Shown here piece by piece: positions 1 to 64,000 of a DNA stretch of 64,000 nucleotides. Origin of the DNA: Balanoglossus misakiensis (taxonomy: Eukaryota > Animalia > Hemichordata); the NCBI GenBank assembly GCA_040954595.2, contig CM082578.2, forward strand, positions 5,624,831 through 5,688,830, in the 5' to 3' direction. Every line of letters begins with the position of its first letter. The stretch's first letter is position 1. Below the pieces are notes generated by a model, which was given only the letters and a program-made list of their open reading frames with translations, was not told the origin of the DNA and ran no database searches. Made by a program: the position numbers and the translations under genes.

Positions 1-14363
<14,363 letters not shown>

Positions 14364-15101
14364 CGGAAGAAAAAAAAACGAACGTGACGACCTCCCCCTT
14401 TCGCTAGTGGTGACACACGTCCATCTTGCCGATGACGGAACTCTTCACAGCGGTCGGGAACGATAACTGCACCTCACAATACTGTTGATCTTTTTGACAG
14501 AAAAAAAGTCACCATGATGATAGCATTACCACGGTTATTAGATAATTACCCGTATACGGAGCTACATTGACGTTGTACAAAATCTCTACATTTTTTTTCA
14601 TTGATCGTTCTGTTCACTTCCTCTTCAAAACTTCAAATCTGTGGGGATCAGAAATTGAAGACAAATTTGAACCATATTCACGAAATCAAAACAATATTTT
14701 GACACGGGCAGAACTCGGGTGTTTGCCAAGTAGGGTTATAGTTTACCTCTTCCATTTATCCATGGTTCCATTTCGTATATGAAGCGTGCAGGACGGCTAA
14801 ATGATGCGGCCAATTCAACAATCAGCAAGACACAATTTCCGGCAGCTTGTAGCAGCGTTCAACAGACGGATACTAATACATCGATGTAATTCACATGCAG
14901 CAAGCGCTTCAGTGAAAACCGGACAGGTTTATTTGTAATGTTTGAATTCCAGTTCAGTTGCTAGGCGACGAAGTGCTGTCGGACGTGTGGGTGCGTCCCA
15001 GACATGTTCGTTCCATGGCAAAATGGTGTGGTTTAAGTCTACGGTGTGTGACGGGCATGTTTCTTAGATAGGTTAGTTTCTACATTCATATATTTTTGCG
15101 C

Positions 15102-15107
15102 AATAAA
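15102..15107 (+). terminator. Candidate polyadenylation signal of the ABCC gene
   Basis: AATAAA about 740 nt after the stop codon; motif only. Confidence 0.45.
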
Positions 15108-15250
15108 ATGAATGACCGTCAGCCATTAAAATGTGGATACAGACGTATTTGTGGAAATACGCAAATCATTTCGTTGTTAATGGTAACGTCATAGACAGCA
15201 ACATCATAAACAATCAATACAACTGCATAGATGCTGTCGACACGACGACA

Positions 15251-15251
<1 letters not shown>

Positions 15252-15313
<62 letters not shown>

Positions 15314-15314
15314 A

Positions 15315-15381
<67 letters not shown>

Positions 15382-15409
15382 GTAGTGGTGGTAGTGTTGG
15401 CGGTGATGG

Positions 15410-15456
<47 letters not shown>

Positions 15457-15475
15457 GTAGTGGTGGTGTTGGCGG

Positions 15476-15542
<67 letters not shown>

Positions 15543-15573
15543 AGTGGTGGTGGTGGTGGTGATGGTGATGATG
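15252..15573. repeat. Compound (GAT)n/(GGT)n microsatellite
   Basis: Direct reading. Confidence 0.95.
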
Positions 15574-18500
15574 CGCCGTCGACTTTCTCTTTGTATATCA
15601 CGGGATGATACGAGTCTGGGGTGTTGCTATGAGCGCCCCCAAACGACACTTTTCTAAAATCACATCCTTGAGATGAGGCCGACTTGGCTTCAACTGTGTA
15701 AGTCGCGCTGGAAGATCCGCATAAGCTATAATTTGAAAACCCCGAAAAAATGTGTAAATAATGACAATAATCATGACTGTTATTTGCTCTTTGCTGCAAA
15801 GCTTGCACGTCTTTCTTCCCTTGTTGTGTCTATAATGGCTCCGGGAGACGTTATAGAAATCAGCTCTAAAGCGTAACCTTTGTGGACTACACCTTGTTCA
15901 TGAAAAGCGTTTAGCAAATGACTTGAAAATATAAGACCGTCAGTCTGGGGTAGCGGTGACCCAAATGAGCAGTGAACATTCGTGCCCATTATAACACTCT
16001 GAATGCGAAGCAACCCGGCATGCTGTTTTCTCGCATCGACTTGAAGCGTGCAGGGGACTCAAGCTATCATAACCAAGCCAGTTGATCGCCCAAATATGGA
16101 CGTCTGGGATAAGAATGCTGTTGTAGCCGTCGTCCAGTGTGAATAGTCTGGTGATCGTCTATATCATTGTGCGAACAGACCCCCCCCCCCCCAGAGCGAG
16201 TCGTTGAATCGCGAATAGCAAAACTGTCATCAAATAATGTTACCTAAAAGTTACACCTATCCGCGATACCAAACATAGTTAAATGACGTCTAAATCTACA
16301 TTGTGTGTATTTCAAAATACCAGGTTTGTCAGGTACGTCTTCCGATCGACCCAGTTCATACCTGTACAACTTTGAGTCGAAGAACGTAACGATCATAGCA
16401 GAGACCACATCCTCGACAGAATACATTGGTAAATAGAAGAGCTACTTTCATCATCAGAGTTTTGCAAACTACTTGATGGGATTACGTCTGAAAACGGAAG
16501 CCAAAATATTGAGAACCGACCCTTTAATTAACCGGGATTCACTTGCGTGGACGTACAAAATTTAAAATCGTCTTCAATTGCATATCCACAGTTAACAGAT
16601 GTTGATTGATGTTAACGTAATATATAGAACTGTGTATAATTCTGACCTTTCAGCTGGGTGACCTCTAACATTGGGGAACCTTAAGGCAACCGGGGTTTGT
16701 AAATTCGTTAAGACAGGAAAATACCAGTACAGGTTTTATTAACTTGATGGATATCGAATGACACGACCCGATATTCTTTTAATTGTGTTTAAGTTTGGGT
16801 GTGTTTGTTCCAGGCTGGGCTTTCTGCACGATCCGCAAGACTTTGGTGCCACAGAACTGAAACATTAAAATCAGTTGTTGACATTACGGGTATACACGGT
16901 CACCATTGTAACTTTAACCACTGTTACCACAAATCTGAAAGCTACAACAATAATCGGTCTGTAAAACATGCAGGCATGCATTCCAGTAAACACCAACAAG
17001 AAGCCTTTGTTGGTCCATTCGGATAAATTCAAGTGAAGAATCGGTCAAAGCGCTCCCATGTGCCAATTATGTACATGTACATACATGGTGCATATGATAG
17101 ATACACGGGAGCGTTTTTCTTGATGTGACCTTATTATTAGATGTCATTCTCGGTTATCCAAATACTGCGAGGTGAAAAAATCACCGGTTCTTGAACCAGC
17201 AAACCCCCTCGCCATAAATCTCGATACACTCATGTAAATGGCGGTCAGAAAGGCTAGTGAAGGCCTCTCATCGATGATGCTGACCACAACTTCATTCAAT
17301 TTACAAGTACAATGGTTTCAAAGGTACGGTATACATAGACAGGTGTTCAGACGGATTACAATGGAGAAATGCATTAGTTTGTGTCAGTTCAATTGTGAGC
17401 TGAATACAGGAAGGGCGACGGACCAAAAATAGAAGAGCAGCGCACCCGAAGTCAATAATGGAATCTCCCAACCTTTCACACCAATTTCAATGCAGGCGGA
17501 GATACTGTGATCATGGGCGTCTAAGTGCTTTGATGGGTGCTTCGCTCGGGTCATCTATAACTGACGCGATGGCAAGGCATTCGTCGTTGACAAGGACAGC
17601 CTAACACGATCAGATGTAAGAGTTTGAAATAAACGATGATACATGCTCCCCGACGATGGAAAGACAATATCTGCATTCTACTATTGGCAACATTTCTCCG
17701 AGTCTTGTAACCATGGTCACGCTTGTGATTTGATGTTTTCTCTCATTTAAGGCAATCGTAGCTTTGCTCATGAAAATGCGGACTATTGCGAGGAAACTAT
17801 ACCGAATGGGTGGAAGATCGGATCGTGGAGCTAATCTCGCTTGGCGAAGTGTAGAGCTGAGGACACTTCACTGATACGAACACTCAGCGTAAACCGGAAC
17901 TGTTTACAGTAAACATTTACACTCGAACTGTTTGAACTACATTTATCACTCTGCTAGCCACTGCTATAAGCATGATAAGCGATATGTGCCGGACAAAATG
18001 ATCTACTCAAAAATCAGCGCGAAGAAAAACAGGGAAGGCAAAGTGTACATGAATGTGGTGTGGATGGAGTCTCACATCATGTCCCGTCTTGCGTGGATAG
18101 ATATTTAGACACGATATTTCTACTTCCCATTTCTTTTTTTTTCTGGAGCTAAAGCATCCGCTGGAGAGGCCTTTGGAGTTACCACATGACTGGTGCTCAT
18201 ACCCCGTCCTTGTTTAATAACCCACACGTTTGGGCCAGCCGTGACGTTGAGCTCAGAAACATTCAGTACCGGCGTGAGGAAATGTCAGATTGCATAAAAC
18301 GTGTTTGGTTGTGGTTGTGGTGGTGGTGGTAGATCTGAAATTCTCGCTACCAATGTCCAACGTCTGAATGATATCAGAACATGATTGATGTATTAAACGC
18401 GATCGGCATCACAACACTCAAGACTCGGCTTCGTGGTCCGATAACACACATGTTAAGAAAAATGGATTGTTCGGTGTCTTGCATCACGATGCTCCCGCAG

Positions 18501-20046
18501 GACAGTCACAGAACGCTGACTGTAGCCTTTCGCGACCTACATGTACAATGTTATTGGACTCCTTAAAACAGTCAGCAATGCTTCTTGGCATCGATTACAG
18601 TTAAGGTCAATGGGGTCACATCATGCAGGAGCTGTTCTTTCCGGACATATGGTCCTTGCTACCGACGTTCACCCGACGTACAAGGTCGAGTGGTCTGTTT
18701 TCCAAAGCTCCCCAAAGTCGAATGTTATTCCTCGCACGTTTGGAAAACGGGTTTATTTCCTCGCGAGGCAGGTCTGGAATCCAGACCCGCGGTGTTTACG
18801 GTTGATCAGCCACCGTGGATAAACCGCGGCACCGATGCCAACGGCAAAACACTGCATTCGCAAGCCATATACTCATGCGCTTGTTAAGAATGCAAGAACT
18901 TGCAACTCGAGTGGTACTGACTGCTCGATACCGATTGAAGAGCTAGCAGTTGTCTGAGCAGCGACGTGCCATCCCCATAGAAATCCTGACAAATTGGTCG
19001 CTTTCAAGTCGGTTAATCACCGCTTTCTTCATGCACCACTTGTGTGTGTATCATCCACATTCCGATCAAGGTCACAGTCGTTGGCGACGTTGCCTGAGAG
19101 ATACCCGCAGTGAGTCTCCGCGCGATCTGTTGCAGAGAAAATATCTTTTGGCGCAAGCCAATTCTTCATCTTTGAAATAAAACGAATGGCAATATCTATA
19201 GTTGAAAATCACACGGAAACAAATTGAACTGCAATACGTGTACATGTAGCATTGACAGTATACTTTTTCGAGCGATTGAAACGGGCGTGATGCTGATAAC
19301 GAGACGTAATAAACAAATGTTAAGACGAAGTATGAAGGACAAGAGGTAACGACAGAATGAAAGCGCATACGTCAACAAGGGCATTCATATTCATATTCAT
19401 AAAAGGGTCAGCACTGCTGATGTTTAAAATGTCTTACATTGAATATCTGTTTTTTGCGAAGTAAAATCAAATTAAGTATCTCATTGTTCAAGTTTACATG
19501 CCTATGTTCCTTTGTTTTTTATTTCACACGATATTACACTAGCTTAGGCCTAAAGGCCGGCGATCGTCTTTTGCGCCTGTGCCAAACCAGTTATTTAGTC
19601 CAAAGATGTGTGCCTTATTTCTATAAGTAGATTTTCTTCATGTATGTTTAGTAGACAGCTGCATGGTGGGTGATCGTGCCGGAGTCGAATCATATTAGTC
19701 GAATATGTGAAGGTGATTAGCATGATCGCCCAACAAAGTCTCTCTGGCCTTGTTCGCGTGAGGCGGCATATTCCTCGACATACATCTAGCCTACTTTCAA
19801 ACGCAACAATATAAAATACAGACATTCTCGTAAGGCATGCCACGTAAACCTTGTACTGACATACTATAGGCAGTGAAGATTGCCCTAAGTAAGTAATGGT
19901 CCGTAAAACCTCTCATATGGGTGAACTCATGGGCGTGGACAGAATGGACACGAACAGATGAAAGCGTGAGACGACCCTAACAATGCAATGCCAAGGTCCC
20001 CTCTAAATGTACACGCCCTGGGCGGAGAGGATTTAAAATGACGTTA

Positions 20047-20784
20047 GGGAGCATTCGTTTTTTACAGGGAGGGGGGGGCCGGTGGAATTTGAGTCGCCGA
20101 CTAAATGTAAAAGGCAACCCCCCTGGAAATTACTTTTCTAAAATGTGACCCCCCCCCCCCCAAAAAAAAAAAAAAAGTTTATCCTCCGGATTAAACTTAT
20201 CATGGACACAGCGCTCCCATGAAAAGAATTTGAAACCGATATTTCCCCTCATCAGTGGGTATTAAAACTGAACATTGTTTTTATTTTTTAAGTATTTGTA
20301 TTCTGTGTTGGGAGACATTGTAAACCGAGAATTGAAGGGGGTGGGTTTGGGAGGGGGTGTCCCCCTCCCACGTAAGAAAATTTTATAAAATACAGAGCTC
20401 AAAGCTGCATTTTAATGAACCCAGCAAAAGCAAATTAACGTCGCCGCTCAAAGTTATCATGGGGTGGGGGCAAGTCCCCTGACCTGGGACACTAGATAAA
20501 CCAGTCAATGATTGAAAGGTGTTGATGAATGGAGGGGGTGGGTGTGGGAGGGGGTGTGCCCCTCCCACATTAGAAAATTTTGTAAAATAAAGGACGCGAA
20601 ACTGCATTTTTGTGGACTCAAAATAAATATTTAGCCGTCAAAGTTTTCAAGTCCCCCCCTTTCAGTCCCTATATAATAATCCCTTGATTATAAAATTTGT
20701 CCCCCCTAAAAACTGCTTTGTAAAAGTAAACCCCCCCCTGATTTCCACCGGCCCCCCCCCTCCCTGTAAAAAACGAATGCTCCC
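20047..20784. mobile_element. PIF/Harbinger (Tourist-like) MITE, 738 bp
   Basis: About 41-bp near-perfect TIR gggagcattcgttttttacagggagggggggg(g)ccggtggaa; TTA target duplication at 20044-46 and 20785-87; internal hairpin motif repeated at about 20340 and 20538. Confidence 0.85.
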
Positions 20785-21915
20785 TTACAAGTTTTTAGTC
20801 ATTTCAGCGCTGTCTTTTTGTACGACTGCTTTAGCACGAGTTGAAATGCCCAGTATCGGGCGTGTCAACACAAGCTTTTCACGACATCATCTAAGCTTTC
20901 ATTTTGCGCAGGATATTTTTAGTAGTGAAATCGAATTAAGCTCTGGCTCGGGAGAGTGTTAACCAAGACTCGACCACTGAACGAAATGGATGACTCAGCT
21001 TTTCTTTGTATTTTCTTTTTTGTTGCTTGTATTTGAACGTGTCAGTATTGTTGGATTATGGAATGGCTTCGGCGGTTCCGTGTGAATTCTAGGCAAGCGT
21101 CTGTGCTCAGGCTGGGGACAATGTTTCGGGATTAGCACGTTTGCTGCGTTGCTCCTATTTGTCTGCGTTAAAGATCTGTAAAGTTTCTGTTAAATGCAAA
21201 TCATGACAAATTACATTCATTCGCCGGTTAAGCGATCCCAAAACGTATAGCGGGAAATCGTAAGAACTTGAACAGCGACCGATTCTTGATTGCTACTCGC
21301 TTATTTCAAATTATTGGAGGAAAGAACAGAAAATGTCCCGACATCATGTGATATCAGATGCGACAAATCAGAAATTCAAGACAGTGCTCAAAATGAGACA
21401 AAATGACTCAAAATGAGTGAAGTAGATATTGTCACACAGGGAGTCGTTTGCAATGATTGCCGCCCGCTCGTCGCCAGTCAGTCATAGAAAAAGATGGGTG
21501 AATTTATAAGCGGTGTGGTAGAGTATAAATGTTATTTCCCCCTTGCGTTGCGCGGTTTCTGTGGTCATCTCGTTTGCATGAGCCACGTCACGCGCACCGA
21601 TACTGATCAACACTAATTGCACGGGATCAAGTATCCTGTTAACAGCAAGATAATTTCGTGTGACTAATTACAAAAACTGACACGCTGGTAATTTTTATTT
21701 ATTTGTCTGTCTGACCGTCTGTGTGCGTTACCGTTCGATCGTTCGGGAGACATTGACATTCTTTTTGGCGTATACAGGAGAATAATTTTCACAGTCACGT
21801 TTTCAATTTGCATTTATGCTAAAATGCAGTTATTGCGCGTTCGGCCTGTTTTTAGTAATCTCAAATTGTGGAAAGTTACACGAAATCGGCATTGCTCACA
21901 AACTACTATCTCCTG

Positions 21916-22041
21916 CAGGGGCCTGGGAATGAAAATTCCTTAGCAAATATCTTGTGTTCGTCGACGTTCGCTTGTGTGCATCGGTGGGATTTGGGAAGGC
22001 GTGGAAATGGGACCCCATCCCCGGGCCTGTCCCAGGCCACT
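21916..22041. mobile_element. Small degraded TIR element
   Basis: caggggcctggga ... tcccaggccact inverted ends; no TSD recognisable. Confidence 0.35.
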
Positions 22042-22782
22042 CTTCAACTATTCCACTGCATCCCTGATATGATATTACTCCAGACATACATGTATGTCTG
22101 AACACGCATTGTAGTGACCGCAATTTACATAACGGATACAGTATATGCAAATGCCATTTTTGCAGCAAAGCTTTCCTGCCGCAACAAATTACAAATGACC
22201 ATGACGTTTTTCCAAATTTCATGGCCAGTGAAAGACATTTTTACACTGCATGGCTCGTAAATATGAGTAGTTTTATTAAAGCGTAATGTCTAAAGTAACA
22301 GCATGGTAATTCAAAACTAGGCCAGAATGAAAGTGATGCTGCAAGGCTACAAATGCTAGCTGGTAACATTTAAATAAATTAAAACTTCTGAACCGATTCT
22401 AACACAATCACTATTCAAAGGGTGTACGACCTTCTTTGACATTGTGGTATCGCATCCAGAAAGCAAATTCCAAATCGATAAAATAAAAAAGTGCGCGATA
22501 GTCCCTGCTTAATTGTGCATTATATGATCACGGAGGTGTTATTTGTAATATTTTATAATTAAATTTATACCCTAATGTACTTGTGTTTATAACAGCATTG
22601 TTAAATATAAAACATCCCAGGAAAGATTTTAAAATAACCATGACCCCACCCGTCGCCTATACGGTTATCTCCGACCTAGCAGCCCTTCTTAAGTTCATAA
22701 TCACCACCCTCTGAAGGATTGTCAACTTTTTGTTACAAAAATCACATCCATCAAGATGTTTTTAACATATATAAATCAGAAA

Positions 22783-22859
22783 TCTCCTGGAAAGCCCTGT
22801 CGGTGAGGGCGCCTGGAATAATATTCCAGAAGCTACCAGGGTTTGAGTCTCCTCGGAGA
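22783..22859 (+). other. tRNA-like cloverleaf (SINE head or tRNA pseudogene)
   Basis: Stems tctcc/ggaga, gccc/gggc and ctgga/tccag (7-nt loop); B-box-like gggtttgagtc. Confidence 0.45.
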
Positions 22860-24292
22860 CATTGCCATAATCATACAATGAACAAGACGAATTCCCGGCC
22901 ACGGCTATAGTGTGACGTTGATACAGATGTACACGGCATATTCTCCACGGGCAAATGATCCGCGTAAGTGCACAAGATGGCCGGCAATTTGTCATTTGCA
23001 AAATCGTTAAGTTGTCAACTTCCCCTGTAACATCACTTGATCTCAATTTCCTCTTCTGTGTGTGCGATATGGAGAAAGCAGATAGGATTGCCAAGTTAAT
23101 TCGTAGGGGTTAGCGCCTGTGAAGCATTATCAAATATTAAAGTATAGTAGCACCGAGGTCTCCAATACGGTATCAATTTGGAGACGTAACGATACAGTAG
23201 ATTGCGGAACGTCAACTGTCAATCACCGTCGAGACAACGCGTTGCAGTGGAGTCGATTTAGAAAGCTGCACGCCGGTATAGGTTGGGGTGATTCCCGTGT
23301 AATCTAAGTTAAAGGAAAACAATGGCCGTGTCAACAATAGTAAAATAACAACTGGCCACTAATGAAATACAAATGTTCGTTTGCGTTTTATTTTGTTCCT
23401 AAGTGCAGAGTTTCGACACGATATCTGACACATTGCATAATGATCATTCTTCATCGTTGTGACAGGCATGACCCAGGCTGTTTAATCATAAAATTGTCCA
23501 TTTTTCTAGGTGGCATATGTCATTGTCACTGCGAACTGTTGTTATTAACCAGACACAGATGTAGGAACCTCTCCCACCGATAAGATTATTAAGAGTGTGT
23601 AGGGGTCACTGGCTATTTCCTAATATGAAATTAAGGGTTATTATTGCATTATTAGTTTGAACCAAATTTACGAATCAGGAACATGATATCCAGTCTACAT
23701 ATAATTAAAATATAAGGGAATGCATCAAATAAAAAGTTCGGAAATTCAACGGTTAACCGTTTATATCAGAAACATGCAGAAATATTTGAACCAGCAACCG
23801 TCAATTGTTAGGTGAAAGTAACCGCAACACCCAATTATAATTGCTCCCTTGAGACACTGTCCTCACAAATCTGAACCGATTTGTGAAACCCTGGGAAGCA
23901 AAGTGACACACCCAAAAAGAGAAGAAAAATGTTCCCACACCGTTCCGTGATCGGGAAATAAACTCGACCTAATGCAGCAGTAGCCACCCTACTCGTCACT
24001 GTTACCCAAACTGTCTCGTGCAAATTAAAAAAAGTTGTCATAATTAATGGAATTTAATTACTGTCGGGTAGGCATGCAGTTTATGTCTTTTTCGGTGGAA
24101 GGCGCACGATACTAAATATACTGCAGCAAATCTCCCAGGGCACGTATACTTTTATTCATTCGAGGAGTTGAGGGGAAAAATCAATAGCTGGCATCATCAA
24201 GCCTACAAGGCTGCCTTCGACGCTTTGATTTGCACCGCTGTCTCCAGAAATTATGTTATCTCGCTGCAAAAAGCCGGCCACGTTCGTCCTCT

Positions 24293-24570
24293 ATTGGCTG
24301 TGAGACTGCAACTCCATTGGCTCACTTCTCCACCCCTGCGTTGAAGTACCCTCGTCCAATTGACTTTTCTTTCTGGAGGAACGCAGGCTATGCAACACTC
24401 GAGAACTCCGTTGACGACACGTCGGACACCACACAGAGCGAACAATCCATTAACTGGGCGCCCATTGAAAAGTTGGTCACTCAGAGAGTGTGTGCAGTCG
24501 TATACCGTTTCCCTGTTATAACCTCTTTGGAAGTCATCGATCGCGGGTTGCAAGCCCTGCCTTATAAAAG
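24293..24570 (+). promoter_or_regulatory. Candidate SLC6 gene promoter (CCAAT x3 + TATA)
   Basis: ATTGG at 24293 and 24316, CCAAT at 24356, TATAAAAG at 24563-70, about 80 nt before ATG 24642; motif-only evidence. Confidence 0.4.
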
Positions 24571-24641
24571 AAAAAGCGCTGACGATATCCTCCCTTATAT
24601 GCCGTTTGCGAAACCGCCAGGATTCGGCAGCTAGGAAAAAA

Positions 24642-62244
<37,603 letters not shown>

Positions 62245-64000
62245 ATTTCCGAAGCTGTGCATGAGTAGCGTTAAAGTGGAACTTCTGGATTGATTAACAC
62301 GTGAGGGAGATGATTCGGCAAGTGCGTGGAAGCCCTGTGGTTTTCAATCACACAAGACGTGCTTTTGCGTGAGAAGATATGTTTGGGACCGATCGTTTTT
62401 AACTGATTGGGAGGGGCGCCGTTTTTTCTGTCATTGCCAAGTTTCTTTCGTAGGGCAGACATTGCCCACATGCGTCCCTACTTTGATGTGAGTGTTTGAC
62501 AGGGTGTGTGTTCTCTGTCAATCATATTGCTGAGGCGAGACATGAACAGAAGCAAGGGGAAATCGGGTGTCAATTGAGAATGAAAAAGAAAGAGAAATTT
62601 GAAGGAAGAAACAAGTAATATATGTATCGACGGAAGTTCCACTTTGCGAAACTGGGTATGTTTAGAGTTATTGTACAGAAATGGTTGCACTGCAGAAATC
62701 AATCGTGAAGTCGACGATTATACAAAGGATGGTAAAATGTTTGATTCAGTTTCATTATATAGCAATAATATATGTGTAGTGAAGACTGGGATTTTAAGCA
62801 GAAAAAAGAGTAATGCATTTTATCCTTGTACAGCGTACACGTCGTGGATTATTTTAGTATGACGATGTTAACGTTTTTTGGTTAGTATGTACAATGTATA
62901 ATTACATTTGGTGTGGACAAACCCGAAGTCCGCTACCTTAGCATGTGCATTTGTTAAGCAATATTCCGCCCTACGTGTGAAAATCTCTCGCTAAAAATAA
63001 TCAGTGTTGGTTTTATATAGATATTGTTACGTAATGACAGTGTCTAATTCTTTGATTTTATACGTTTGATACAATTAAGTAATTTAAAAAATAGATGTTA
63101 AGATGGCCGTAATATTTTAAGCAATACTTCAATTTTGTTTTTCTGCCCGATTTTTCTCTCCCAAGAGATTGAAAAGAAGAAAAAATGTGCACATTTTCGT
63201 CTCGGACTGCCACACTTTCTGACGAGAAAAAAATTATCAAAGCAAACACTATGGTGTAATGTTTTTGTATAGGCTGATGTATAAAATTCGTGTAGTAATA
63301 GATTTCCTGCTGTACACTGCCACTTTGCAGTGTAGTATATGTAACTATATTCTGTATAGTCTTTACTGTAGATATCAATACTGTATAGATATCGTGACGA
63401 TTCTTTGGTATATATACATGTAGAGACGAGAAACTTGTAATAATGATATTGTCGTGCGGTTCCATTCAGGTCGACTTTTCTTTTTTGGAAATTTCATATT
63501 GTGTGCTTGCAGATTTGACGAAAAAATGATATAGAAAGATACGCCTGGTCCGGATCTTCTTTACGTAAGGTTAGATCAATATTACGGTAATCAGTGGGCC
63601 AGCGAACGTCAGCCACCAGTGTGTTGATTGCCATTCACCTCCACTGTTTTACAAGAGAGCGCCAGGGCATCCGTGGGATTTCCCACCAGACACGTCTCAC
63701 GGTCAGTATTGAGGAATCGTGGCGCCGTAAAGGGCGGATTATAAAGCCTATTACACTTTTTGTTTGATCGAGAATTTGTAGAATTTGTTAAGTTTTACAA
63801 AGTTGGTACTGTATCAAAGCTACAGATTCACCTTGTTTACTTTATCTGCACTTATGTTGTAACGCATATAATCAATCTTTTCAGTAAAGTGATATTTTAA
63901 CTTGTTTTTAAAAACAAACCAACATTTTAGCGCATGTCGAATGCACTCTTTTGTATCCGCAAGCGTTCCTTCTCATTTTGTTTCAGACATGGGGAGGACC

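Noticed and set aside
15119-15808. 229-aa poly-Ser/His ORF and overlapping poly-Met ORFs
   Set aside because: Artefacts of the stop-free (GAT)n microsatellite

Overview
Eukaryotic (animal) genomic DNA, AT-rich, with GT-AG introns, microsatellites and many small non-autonomous transposons. The repeat content and vertebrate-like exon structure suggest a marine invertebrate deuterostome such as a hemichordate, but this is inference only. I assembled two spliced + strand genes by hand. (1) The 3' 29 exons (1-14363, about 1340 aa; the 5' end lies outside the window) of a sulfonylurea-receptor-like ABCC transporter (ABCC8/ABCC9 class). (2) A complete 13-exon SLC6 Na+/Cl- GABA transporter, GAT1-like (24642-62244, 603 aa). 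Introns and the intergenic region hold a Harbinger-type MITE, three unrelated TTAA-flanked (Kolobok-like) MITEs plus a truncated copy of one, a Tc1/pogo-type MITE, a Helentron/HINE-like element interrupted by a long-TIR foldback element, palindromic MITEs, a tRNA-like cloverleaf and LINE-like 3' ends. The most striking unexplained signal is the 8-mer TACATGTA: about 30 loci, all non-coding. It is interpretable as Tc1/mariner-type excision footprints, and one copy visibly interrupts another element's TIR. No prokaryote-type systems (CRISPR, operons) are present. Most ORFs in the supplied track are exon read-throughs or microsatellite artefacts.
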